The notes under the pieces are model-generated. The model made no database searches. It saw only the letters and a list, made by a program, of their open reading frames with translations, and was not told the DNA's origin. 64,000 bases of DNA. Origin: Neocallimastix sp. 'constans'. Taxonomy: Eukaryota. The translations under genes and the position numbers were made by a program. Shown here in pieces: positions 1 through 12,500 of this stretch; within the stretch, counting starts at the first letter, position 1, and the number at the start of each line of letters is the position of its first letter. The DNA is taken from NCBI GenBank assembly GCA_050613775.1, contig JBODTK010000133.1, forward strand, positions 1-64,000. The letters run 5' to 3'.

Positions 1-830
1 ACTAGAACTAATGTTAAAGAATAAAATAGTTTTTATACTACTTCCTTTTCAATATTAAAAAGTAAAGAACAAAAAGAGCTTATGAAGTGTTATTTGAAGA
101 AACAAAGAAAAATGCTGAAAAGAATGATAATATTATAATTCCACCAAAAAATTTTCATTGTGACTTTGAAAAAGGTATTTCTAATGCTGCTAAAAAAGTG
201 TTTCCTGATATAAATATCAAATACTGTAGTTGTCATTATAAAAGAGCATTAGAAATTAAAAAAAAAATAAATTATGTCGTAAAAGAAGTAGAAAATAATA
301 CTGATTTATATATTCATTATAAGTTTATTTCAAACTTTCTTTTTATAAACCCTGAATATATAAATGATATTTATAATAAAATTAAAAGTGAGTGTCTTGA
401 ACATAAATAAGACAATTTTTTTGGAATTTTTAGAATACTTTGAAATAACATATTTAAAAGATTATGAAATTAAACGTTGAAATTATTATGATAATATAGA
501 GCATATAACAAATAATGCCTCAAAATCATTCAACAATTATTTAAAAGATTTATTTCCAAAAAAGCCTCATTTTTATAAAATTTTATTAACTTTACAAAAA
601 GTAGATTCATTATTCTATGATGATTTCAAAATGAGAAAAGGTGGAGCTTGGGAAAAAAAAAAAAAAAAAAGAAAAAAAATTAAGACGAACTGATGAAATA
701 AATGCCTTAATTTAGTATTACAAAAATATGGAAATTCCATTAAAAAAAAAGAAAAAAGAAAAAGAAATGAATTTATTGAATTATGGTTGAAGTGTTTAAG
801 AGATTTAAATATTAAAATTATTAATTAAAA
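1..830 (+). pseudogene. Decayed MULE (Mutator-like) transposase, 3' part; runs off the left edge of the window
   Basis: ORF 87-410 has HCDFEKGISNAAKKVFPDINIKYCSCHY (MULE D-FE...FP...C-x-x-H motif). Homology continues through stops and frameshifts (NYYDNIEHITNNAS..FNNYLKDLFPKKP) and is paralogous to the minus-strand copy at 1.8-3.0 kb. Confidence 0.8.
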
Positions 831-1109
831 AATAAATAATTAATATTTAACGAAAAAATGACCAAATGAAAATGATTAATAAAATTTGTCGAATTATAAT
901 TAATTAATAGTTAAAATAATTCTTAATAAAAAAAATCATTGAATTGGATTTTTTAATTAACTAAAATAATTGTTTAAAAATTTTAATATTTTTATACAAA
1001 TAAGAGTTTAAATATACATTATTATTTAAAAAGAAATAATAATTTTTTTAGAATTAAATATTATTAAATAATTATTTCAAAAGAAATAATAATATATTTT
1101 TACGAAATC

Positions 1110-1245
1110 CACATTTCTCAAATGGGTATTTCACAATTGGCATTTCGTAAAATGTGGCTTAAAATTTTTTTAAAAAATAAACATATAAATAAGTAAGTAA
1201 ATAAATAAAAAATATTAAATAATAATTTAATATTTTTAATAAATA

Positions 1246-1309
<64 letters not shown>

Positions 1310-3515
1310 ATGTTAAAAATGTAAAAATGCTTTATTATTACTCTTTTATATTTTATCGTAACTTCTATCAATTTTTAGTTTTATTAAAATTTTAATAAAA
1401 TAAAAAAACTATATAATATTGATATTGATATTGATATTAATATTAAAAATAACTATATAAACTATTGATATTAATATTAATAATTAAAAAATATAATATT
1501 GATACTGATATTAATAATAAAAATAACTATATAAAATATTGATATTCTATATAATATAATATTTATATTAATAAAAAAATAACTATGTAACTATGATCAA
1601 ATGGAACAGTTTTAATTATAATTTAATTCATAAAAAAAAAAACTAAATAATAATATCTTTTAAAATTATAATCTTAATTAAAAAAGGTTAGAAAAATACT
1701 AATTTATAAAAAATTAGTGTTTTATATTATTTAAATGAATTAAACGATCGTACCATAATTCAACTATATCATCATCATCCCATCCAATACAAATTAATTT
1801 TTCCTTTTTATTTTTATAACATTCAATTAAAGCCTTAATTTCATCAGTTCTATTAATGATTTTTATTTTTATTTTATTTTATTTTTTTTTTAAAAATAAA
1901 CCATTAATTCTCCTATTGTAATCATTATGCGATAAACCTTCTTCTTTCTTTAATACAATTATTAATTTATAAAAAGTAGGTTTTTTTGGGAAAAGATTTT
2001 TTAAACAATTATTAAAAGATTCTGATGCATTATTTGTAATATGTTCTATGTTGTTATAATAATTCCAGTTATTTGTATTATATATATTTAAATAATTGAT
2101 TTTAAAATAGTCTAAAAATTCTAAAAAAATTATTATATTCATTTTTTTTTGAATATATATTTTTTATTTTTGAGTAAATGCGTGGTATATAAATAGGGTT
2201 AATAAATGGAAATTTTGGAAATAGCTTTATAATAAGTATATAAATTATTATTATTATCAATTTCATAAGAACATAATCTGCTTTTTTTTTTTTTTTTTTT
2301 TGAATTTTTAATGATCTTTTAAAGTGCCAAACACAATATTTGATATTTGTGAAAAAAAAAAATTTTTTTTGCTGCATTTGATATACCTTTTTCAAAGTCA
2401 CAATTAAAATTAATTGGAGAAATAACAATACTGTTACTAAGTTTACTTGAGATTTTTTTTTTTTATTTCTTTAAATAATGTTTCGTAAGTGGATTGTTTT
2501 TTATTTTTTAATATTGAAATGGAAGTAGTGTAAAAACTATTTATTTTTTCAATATATGTTCTAGTAATGAACAATTGATAACTAAATTTTGGCACAATAT
2601 AAAATGTACCATCTGCAAATATATCTTCATTATATTGTGTGAATAGTTTTGCTTGGAATGGGGATTGAAAAATTATTAAATTAGGATTTTTGAATATTAT
2701 AAAATTATCACTAATATTTCTGATTCCTCTGGAATTTCTTCAAAAGTTGTTATATCAGGAGGTAATTGCTTATTTTGAATTTTTATTATATGGGTTCTAA
2801 TGGAGTTAAATTCAGGACCATGTCTATATTTAGTGCATCTATATACCTCTGAATTATCTTTCTTTTCATTTGAAAAATTAAACTTATATTTTCTGTTAAT
2901 AATAATTTGCTTTTTTCCTCGATTTGCTTTACTTATTACAATTCTAATATTTTCCTCCATTTCCAATAAAAATTTTTTTATAATAAATAAATTTATTATA
3001 TAGATTTTAATAGTGTCTATAAAATGATTTTATTTTTAATATTTAAAAAATAAAATTATAATCATATATTTAGTTATTTAGTAATTTATTGTTTATTTTT
3101 AATTATTTATTATTCATAATAAATAATATATAATTTTTTAATATAACAGTAATATAAAGTATATATAAAAATATTTTTTTCACTGCTTATTATGTGAAAT
3201 ATTTATATTTATTCTAAATAAAAAATTAGTGTTAATTATTCAATTTTTTTAATTAGAAAAATAAAATATTTATTTATTTATTATATATTTATTTATTTAT
3301 TATATATTTATTTATTATTATTTATTATTTATTATTTATTATTATATATAATTTATTATTTATTTATTATTTATTTAAAAACTTTTTTACTTTTTTCAAA
3401 AATGATTTTTATTATTTAATTATTTATTTATTGGTTAAAAAAAATTATATAATGTGGCAATTAATTAAAAATATTTTAAGCCATATTGTGAAATGTACAA
3501 TTGCGAAATGATACC
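1110..3515 (-). mobile_element. Decayed MULE DNA transposon with imperfect terminal inverted repeats; fragmented transposase at ~1750-2966
   Basis: Minus-strand fragments: SKANRGKKQIIINRKYKF..YRCTKY (FLYWCH-like), IFADGTFYIVPKFSYQLF, CDFEKG, KYCVWHFKR, HITNNASESFNN. Left end ggtatttcacaattggcatttcgtaaaatgtggcttaaaat (~1125-1165) is an imperfect inverted copy of attttaagccatattgtgaaatgtacaattgcgaaatgatacc (~3473-3515). Ends are approximate. Confidence 0.7.
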
Positions 3516-3546
3516 TTCATTTTTAAAATTAAATAAGTATTTTTTT

Positions 3547-4082
3547 TTGGGAGAGTTGCATTTTCACTAAATGACATATTATTTAAATGCTATTTTTTAA
3601 TAATACGCCACTTGGCGAAAGGCAACTCTCCCAATTATTTGTAATATTTAATATAAAAATTTCTTTATAATAGGTATTTAATAATCAATATAATTTTAAT
3701 ATTATTTTAATATTATTTTTAATATTGTTTATTATTACTTCTTTTTTATTTTAATATTTAAATATTTACTTTAAAAAATAAATACATCAATATTAGTTAT
3801 ATTTTAATTTATTTATTTATTTATTCATATTTTTCAATTGTCGAAATGCAACCTAACTAAAATGCAACAATTTAATGATACGCCACTTGGCGAAATGCAA
3901 CTTGACGGTTGGTTGATATCACTCTCATTTTTTTTTTATTATTTAAACAACAACAAAATATTAGAATATTATTTTCAAATTAATACATAGTTTAAACTAC
4001 TCTTATATAAACGGGTTTTTTTTTTTTTTTTTTTAAGTAATTTACCTTATATATAAAGTCATGTTCCGAAATGCAACGCTCC
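3547..4082. mobile_element. MITE-like / DNA transposon end remnant
   Basis: ttgggagagttgc (3547-3559) is inverted at gcaactctcccaa (3622-3634) and imperfectly at gaaatgcaacgctcc (to 4082). Internal repeats of gaaatgcaac and a duplicated atacgccacttggcgaaa (~3603 and ~3878). Confidence 0.5.
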
Positions 4083-4567
4083 ATTCTCTAACCCATTCAT
4101 TGATAAAAAAAATCATTAATCATTAAAAAGTAATTCTATAAAACACTACGAAATATGGATAGGGAAAAGAACGACTCTTTCACGAAAAAAATTTATTTTC
4201 TATATATTATATATTATTTATTATTTATTATTTATTATTTATTATTTATTATTTATTTATTATTAAATATTACAATGTAATATATTCAAATCTTTTTTCT
4301 TTTTTTATTTTAAGCTTCTTAATATTTTTTAATTTTTTTTTTTTTTTTTTTATGAAATTTAATATTAAAAAATTTAAAATATAATATGGTATAATATATA
4401 ATATATATATTATATATTATAATATATTATTGTATAGAATAATATATTATAAATAAAACTATAATAAATAAAATTTAATATAAATTAAAGTTTCTAGTAA
4501 TATTTTTTTTTTTTGGATGTCTTAAAAATATTAATTAAAAATTGCCTTTTTTCTCTTCCCTCTCCCG

Positions 4568-4574
4568 AAAAAAA
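4568..4574 (-). terminator. RNA polymerase III oligo-T terminator of tRNA-Ile
   Basis: T7 run on the minus strand 4 nt after the tRNA 3' end. Confidence 0.75.
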
Positions 4575-4578
4575 TACA

Positions 4579-4671
4579 TGCTCATGGCGGGGGTCGAACC
4601 CGCGATCTTCGCGTTGCATAAGAGGATCACCCTTATAAGCACGACGCCTTAAACCTCTAGGCTACACGAGC
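4579..4671 (-). tRNA. tRNA-Ile(TAT) with 19-nt intron (4615-4633)
   Basis: The reverse complement folds as GCTCGTG/CATGAGC acceptor stem, D arm, TCGTG-CT-TAT-A[intron]A-CGCGA anticodon arm and GCGGG-TTCGACC-CCCGC T arm with discriminator A. The intron lies after position 37, as in fungal tRNA-Ile(UAU). Confidence 0.95.
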
Positions 4672-4686
4672 TGCTTTTAAAAATTT

Positions 4687-6289
4687 TGATACGGGGTGTC
4701 ACTAAATACCTTGTATTTCCTATTAAATACTCTTAATAATAATAAAATAAAATTATTATTAAATATTCTTATTAAAATCTTTTATTAATATCAAATATAA
4801 TAAAAATTATTATTAAATATTCTTATTAAAATCTTTTATAATAAAAATTATTATTAAATATTCTTATAAAATTCTTTTATTAATATTAAATATAATAAAA
4901 ATTATTATTAAATATTCTTATTAAAATCTTTTATTAATATCAAATATAATAAAAATTATTAAATATTCTAATAAAAATCTTTTATTAATATTAAATATAA
5001 TAAAAATTATTATTAAATATTCTTATTAAAATCTTTTATAATAAAAATTATTATTAAATATTCTTATAAAATTCTTTTATTAATATTAAATATAATAAAA
5101 ATTATTATTAAATATTCTTATTAAAATCTTTTATTAATATCAAATATAATAAAAATTATTAAATATTCTAATAAAAATCTTTTATTAATATTAAATATAA
5201 TAAAAATTATTATTAAATATTCTTATTAAAATCTTTTATAATAAAAATTATTATTAAATATTCTTATAAAATTCTTTTATTAATATCAAATCTAATAAAA
5301 ATTATTATTAAATATTCTTATTAAAATCTTTTATTAATATCAAATATGATAAAAATTATTATTAAATATTCTTATAAATTTCTTTTATTAATATCAAATA
5401 TAATAAAAATTATTATTAAATATTCTTATTAAAATCTTTTATAATAAAAATTATTATTAAATATTCTTATAAAATTCTTTTATTAATATTAAATATAATA
5501 AAAATTATTATTAAATATTCTTATTAAAATCTTTTATTAATATCAAATCTAATAAAAATAATTATTAAATATTTTATTAATATTAAATATAATAAAAATT
5601 ATTACTAAATATTTTTATTAAAAATTATATAATATTTAAATCATTACTAATTCTTATTTTTATATTAAGAATAATAAAAACCTATTTCAATAAATATTTG
5701 ATGTAAAATACAGAATTATAAGTTTCTGTATAATATTTTCTAAAACCTTTGAAATAAACTAAAAATAAAACAAAATTAAAAATAAATTAAATCTTTATTA
5801 AAATAAAAATGAACTAAAATACAGAAGAATTCCAATAATAAAAATGATCTAAAATACAGAAAATATCAATTCTGTATAATTTTCTCTCTGAATAACAATA
5901 TCATGAAGAAGCTACCGCCTGGAATGCCCTTCGTGATACAAGCCCCAAATTAATTTTTTTATATTTTTATTTAATAAATGTTATTTTTTTTTTTTAAAAA
6001 AATAATTTAAAATAATAGTTAAAAATTAAAATAAAATAGTTATAATAGTTTTTTTTTTTATAAAGAATATATTAATAATAAATAAAATGTATTAAAATAA
6101 AAGTATAAAAAGAAGAATAAATTTCTTTCTTTTTAATACGGGGAACAAATAATTTTAATTTTAAATTTAAATAAAGAATATTTTAAAATTTAATTTTTTT
6201 TCTTGTTTCCAAATTTATTTTTATAGTTATGTGTTAATATTTATTTTTTTGTTTTGAATATCTTAGTGTTTCAACCCCAGCCCGTATCA
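4687..6289 (+). repeat. 5' LTR of element A
   Basis: Direct repeat of 15167-16769 with the same length and no differences seen by eye; 9-bp terminal inverted repeat. Confidence 0.95.
4747..5620. repeat. AT-rich minisatellite (~40-54 bp units) inside LTR A
   Basis: Tandem units of taaaaattattattaaatattcttattaaaatcttttattaatatcaaatataa and shorter variants. Also present in the 3' LTR and expanded in the solo copy. Confidence 0.85.
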
Positions 6290-6297
6290 TAAAAATT

Positions 6298-6315
6298 TGG
6301 TGGAGAATCCGGGCG
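6298..6315 (+). other. Primer binding site of element A (tRNA-Ala-like)
   Basis: TGGTGGAGAATCCGGGCG. Its reverse complement ...GCCCGGATTCTCCACCA resembles eukaryotic tRNA-Ala 3' ends including CCA. Confidence 0.8.
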
Positions 6316-6606
6316 CCTAAAACACATTATAAGATGAAAAGATGAAAGGAAACATTAGAATAAATATTAAACATATAATTTTTTTTATTTAAACTTATTA
6401 TTTTGTTATAGGGAATATAAAATTTATAAAACTTAAACTTTTTTTTTTGGAAAAATTATTTAATTTATTTTACTTAGTTACACAAATTTTATACAAAAAA
6501 AAAAAAAATTTTTTTTTTTGTGAAACTTAATTCGTAAATTTTATTTGTTATAATAAAACATTTATTTTTACTTATAATAATAATAAAAATAATAATAATA
6601 TAAAAA

Positions 6607-6637
<31 letters not shown>

Positions 6638-6688
6638 TTATTTATATATAATAATAGTTATTATAATAATAATATTATTATAATAATT

Positions 6689-6721
<33 letters not shown>

Positions 6722-7498
6722 ACATTTTAGAAGAGCACTTCCGCTCAATTCTTATTTATTATTAAAATAATTACTTCCATCAAGAGAGTTTGTTCTATCT
6801 GGAAAGTCTATCAAGAGGATTTTTCAAGATATTGAAAAACTTGGAATAATTAGTTTTATTCAACAATAATAAATAAGTTTTATAATTATTAATTTTAAAT
6901 TTTTATTTTCTTAATATTAGAATACTAAATTCATTCAGTACCTACCATCAGGGAGAGCGGCTGTTAGATGAAAAACTCTATAGCTAAAGGCTCATCGATT
7001 GGGATAGGTGAATTAAGTAATTCCGTATTATTAATTAAATAAAAATTATTATTATTAATTATTTCTAAAATCAGCATCGTCTTCCGGGAATATACAATAT
7101 ATGGTAATTTATTAGTGGCTTGATTAAATTCAGGTATAATAAATTATTAAAATAACTTTTTATTAGAGAGTAGATAAGAGCGTTTACTTGTATAAGCGGG
7201 GGAGTAGAGCGCTATTTAATAAGGTTTCAATATCAGACCTTTAATTGAAAAATCCATAAAGCCCTTGTTTCAATAGGCAGGAACAGTTAAAGGTTACTTG
7301 GAACTGACGGTTAAATAGTGGAGGTCGAAAGACGCAGAGTAAATGCTTGCGGGAATCGAAAATAATAATAAAGTTATAACATATATTTGATTGTCCCTTA
7401 TTAAAATATATACAAAAAAAAATATACTAATTTATATAATAATAATTCTACTAACAAGCCTTTTCTATCGCTAAAAACTATTCTTCATTTGGAATTTG

Positions 7499-7558
<60 letters not shown>

Positions 7559-7695
7559 TCATTAATATTTGTCTTCCTTTTTAATAAGATTTACTTCATC
7601 ATTTTTTTTAAAAAATCCATATAAAAAAAATATCTTCTATAATAATTATTTTCCTTTTAACAGGATTTACTTATCATTTATTTTTTTTGTTAAAA

Positions 7696-7741
<46 letters not shown>

Positions 7742-7806
7742 ATATATATACTTATAAATTATAAATAAATTTCCTGTAAAACACAATTTTTAAATAATAT
7801 TAAATA

Positions 7807-7841
<35 letters not shown>

Positions 7842-7941
7842 AAATCTTCGTTTCTATAAAAGAAATTTTGTGTTCTTTATTGTTCTTTATTAATAAAAGA
7901 AAATATATAAATATATTTTCTCCATAATATTTATCTTTCCT

Positions 7942-7973
<32 letters not shown>

Positions 7974-8094
7974 GATTTTCTTTATCATTTTTTTTTGTTA
8001 AAATCTATATATATATATAAATATTAGAAAATAAATTTCATTATAAAACTATATTTTAAATAAAATAAATAAAAATAAAATATATATATATCCA

Positions 8095-8135
<41 letters not shown>

Positions 8136-8182
8136 TTTATATTCGTTTCTATTTAAGCAATTTTGTGTTCTTTTGTGTTCTT

Positions 8183-8249
<67 letters not shown>

Positions 8250-8252
<3 letters not shown>

Positions 8253-9581
8253 AAGATTAGCGAAATAGCTAAATTATTGCCACGACTTGGTAGTTTCGAT
8301 AGGGACATAGAATCATGGGCTGAAGAGTTCAATAGGGTAATGGAACTCTCAGATATTGATGACCCTAGAAAAATGTTTGCTTGGGCAAAAGAATGTGTTC
8401 CTGGACGATTAAAAGGAGTAATTGAAGATCTTAAAGAAGAAGATGAAGAGGCTGAAATGATCATATATCCAAGTATTACGGATATTAAAACTGCCATTGA
8501 AAAATTTTTAGATATTACTCCTCAAGAAAAATGCTTTAACCTAAAATCACTCAAAATACAAAAGGGTGAATCAATTAAAGACTTTAACTGGAGATACGGT
8601 AAATTATACGGATCACTTACTCCAGAAAGTCAAGCATTTATTACTATTAATGATTACACGGATTCATTATTAAGTCGTCCATATGCTAGAAAGGAAGTAA
8701 TAACTTCTCAACCAGCTAATTTAGAAGAAGCATTTAAAATAGCTGAACTTGCAGAGACTGCTTCTGAAATGCCCAATAGAAATAGAAATGTCGTTATGTT
8801 TACCAATACTTATGGAGGTCTAAATTCTATTTTTCCAAATAATTATAGTAATAATTATAATAATAGAAATTATGACAATCCTAATAATTATGAATACAAT
8901 AATTATCGCTCTAATTATAATAATTATAACTATAATAATTATAATAATTATAATAAAAATAATGGTTATAATCATTCAAATAATTATAATAATAATTATC
9001 GAAATTCTTATAATAATAATTATAATAACTCTATTAATAACAGAAATATAAATCATTTCCGAAATGGTTATAATAGTGGTAATAATTATAATAACAATAA
9101 TCCAAATTTTAACAACATGAATAATAATTTTAGCAATAATAAAGTACCCGGAATTAAAAATAATTTAAGAAATCAAAATTTTATGTCTAATAATATTAAT
9201 CTAAATTGTTTTAAATGTCATCAACCTGGTCATAGGATGCAAGATTGTCCTTATACTTATCAAGAACTAGCTGATATGGAAGCTACTGGAAGACTTAATA
9301 ACAATAATCTCTACATTACAAATAACAGCAATACAAACAGAAATCATAACCTAAACAATAATAATAACTATGATGGTAATTATAATATTAGTAATTTAAA
9401 TAGAAACTCTAATATTAATACTAATAATGTAAATAATTATAACTCAAATGGAAACTTTAATGTTAATACTAATTATAATAATACTAGCTATAACAGTTCA
9501 AATCCTAATCATAATAACATAGATCCTATTAATAATAACCAAAATTTCTTTAATAACAATAATCAACCTTTAAACTTCTAA
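8250..9581 (+). CDS. gag: Gag of element A (capsid-like N-terminus, Asn/Tyr-rich tract, CCHC zinc knuckle)
   Basis: 443-aa ORF with CFKCHQPGHRMQDC zinc knuckle, positioned between the PBS and pol. Confidence 0.9.
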
Positions 9582-12500
9582 ATGGGAGAAGGAATACTCC
9601 CATAAATCAAACCAATACAACTCTTTTAACTAATTCACTTACTGGAACTAAAGAATCTTCGAATATAGAAGATAATAAAGAAATAGCCATTGTAGCTGAA
9701 AGAAGAAGTAGAAAAACTAATGAAAATAAACCATATAAGAAAGCAACTAAGAAAAGTTTAAAAGAAAATCCTCAACCAATTAAAGTTCCATCAAATAATC
9801 AAGAACAAATGGAAATGGAACCAGAAAGTGAAACTAATAGTAATAATAAAGGAAATGAAAATCAAAAAGAAACAGAAGCGTTAAATCATCTTGATCCATC
9901 TTTTATAAATGAACCCTCAATTGAAGAAGCAAAAAGAAGAAACAAGAAAGAAAGAGCAAAAGAAATAAAAGAATTAGCTAAAGAAATACAACTTCCAAGT
10001 GAAAAAAAGGTAGAAAAATCCAATAAGGAAAATATTACAAAAAAATTAAAAATAACAGGAAATCAAGATAATTATAATATAGTGGACGATATTGGAAATA
10101 AGTTCGCTAATATTACCATCGGACAGTTGCTCAATATCAATCCTAAATTGAGAACTGAATTATCAAAAGCCTTAAAGTTTACAACAATTATAGAAGATGA
10201 AGAAACAATCTTATCAACAATTAAGAAAGATAAGATTGTAAAAACAAAATGTAAGGTAGAAAACGTAGAAACTACAGTATATTTAGATTCCTGTTCTTCT
10301 ATTAATATGATCACCAAAACCTTCATGATAAATAATAAAATTCCATTTAAACCAATTTCTGCTATTAAAGAAACTTTATATCAAGCTTGTACTAATACCA
10401 CGCTCATCTCAAAATTATATGAAATAGAAATAACAATTGGAAATATTACTTCTAAGGAAATCTTTAGATTGGTTGAAAAAGATGATATTTTCCAAGTATT
10501 AATTGGTGTGGATGCGCTAGCTAGAATGAAGATTATTATGGACTTCTCTGATCACACCTTGTATCAAAAAACAGATGAGATACGAAAGATAGGAAGTTTT
10601 GAAAGTGTGACCGAAATAGAAGATGAAGAAGATGATATTAAAGATGAATTCGAAGAAGAATTGAATAAAGATGTGCTAGTTGATTATTTATTAACCACCG
10701 AAGATAAATATATTCAAATTTTATATGAAGAAAATAATGATAATAATGATATTGATAATTCCTTTGGAAATCATAATGATAAAGATGGAAATAATTTTTG
10801 CAATATAAATAATAATGATAATTATTTAAAGAATGTATTTGGATGTAAAATTAATAATGATAAAATTTCTAAAATTTATAATAATAATTGTTCTTCTAAT
10901 AAAGATATTAATAATAATAATACTAACAAAAATTTTAATACTATAAATAATCATGATAATCCAAATGAAATTAATATCGATAATAATAATAATATCGAAA
11001 ATTTTTCTAATAAAAATTTTTCTAGTAAAAATCTATCTAATAAAAATTTTAATAGTAAAAATTTTTCTAATAAAATTTTTAATAATAGAATTAATAATAT
11101 TTTTGAAAAACCTATTAATAAAAATAATATCAATAATTCGATTAGTATTAATAATAAAAATTGTTCTTCTGAAAATTTTAATAATAAAAATAATATTAAT
11201 AATTTCTCTAAAAATTTATATGATGTTAATAATACTGATAATATTTCTAAAGATTTAGATAATATTAATAATATTTATGAAAACTTAAATAGCATTAATA
11301 ATACTAATAATCCTTATAATATTTTTGGAAATAAAAATAATATTAATAATTTTTCTGAAATTTTTAATAAAAATAATATTAATAATCTTTCTGAAAACCT
11401 TAATAAAAATAATATTAATAATCTTTCTGAAAACCTTAATAAAAATAATATTAATACTGATAAACCTTCTGAAAATTTTTGTAATGATAATAATGATAAT
11501 ATAGTTTCTAAAGATGTTGATAATACTATTAGTGATAAAAATTTTTCCACAATTTTTAATGAAGATGTTAATAATAAAAATTCTTTCGAAATTAATCATC
11601 ATGTTAAAGATATTAATGATTTCGTTATAAGTGGTAACAAAAAAGATAATAAAAATTCTTTACAAAATAATTATTCTTTATTAACAAAAATAAATGAAAT
11701 TAATGATAAAAAGAATTATGAAAACAGTGTAATCAAAAATATTGATATTTCTATTGAAAATACTGTTAAGAATTTTAAAAGTGTAAAGGAAATAACTATT
11801 CATGAAATTGCGGCGAAAGCACCAACAAAAATTAGAAATAAACTAAAGTTTTTATTATTAAATAATATAAATGTATTAGCACTTGATACAGATGATTTAG
11901 GTAAATCGAAATTACTAAGTCATAAAATAAAAATCATAAGTGGTCGAATGCCAATTAAACAAAGAATGTATCGAGTAGCAAATAAGAAGCAAATGAGTAT
12001 ACTAAGAGAAGAAATAAGTAAATTATTAAGAAATGGATTGATAGAACCTTCAAAATCATCATGGTCGTTCCCAGTTATTCTCGTTCCTAAAAAGAATGGT
12101 AAATGGAGAATGGTAGTGGATTATAGAAAATTAAATGATATTACTATTAAAGACGCATATCCTTTACCTTATATAGAAGAAATATTATTTTCTATAGGCA
12201 ATAAAGTTAAGTACTTAACCACGCTTGACTTATTTTCTGGTTTCCATCAGATTCCTATGGAAAAAGAAGACAGAGATAAAACTTGCTTTACAACAATGTT
12301 TGGAAATTATAATTACAAAGTTATGCCATTCGGACTTTGTAATGCTCCTGCAACTTTCCAACGTGAAATGAACAGAATATTCTTGCCTTTAATTGGTAAA
12401 TGTATGTTCATTTATATGGATGATTTAGTAATATTTTCTGATACCTTAGAACAACACATATTGGATCTACAAAAAGTTTTTGATATTATTAAAGAAAATG

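Noticed and set aside
4747..5620. Repeat array resembling CRISPR
   Set aside because: Units are contiguous AT-rich tandem repeats without unique spacers, lie inside an LTR, and no cas genes are present; the context is eukaryotic.
7302..7362. Possible hammerhead ribozyme (ctgacgg ... cgaaa) in the leader of A
   Set aside because: The core deviates from CUGANGA and I could not build stems I-III convincingly; kept only as part of the structured-leader finding.
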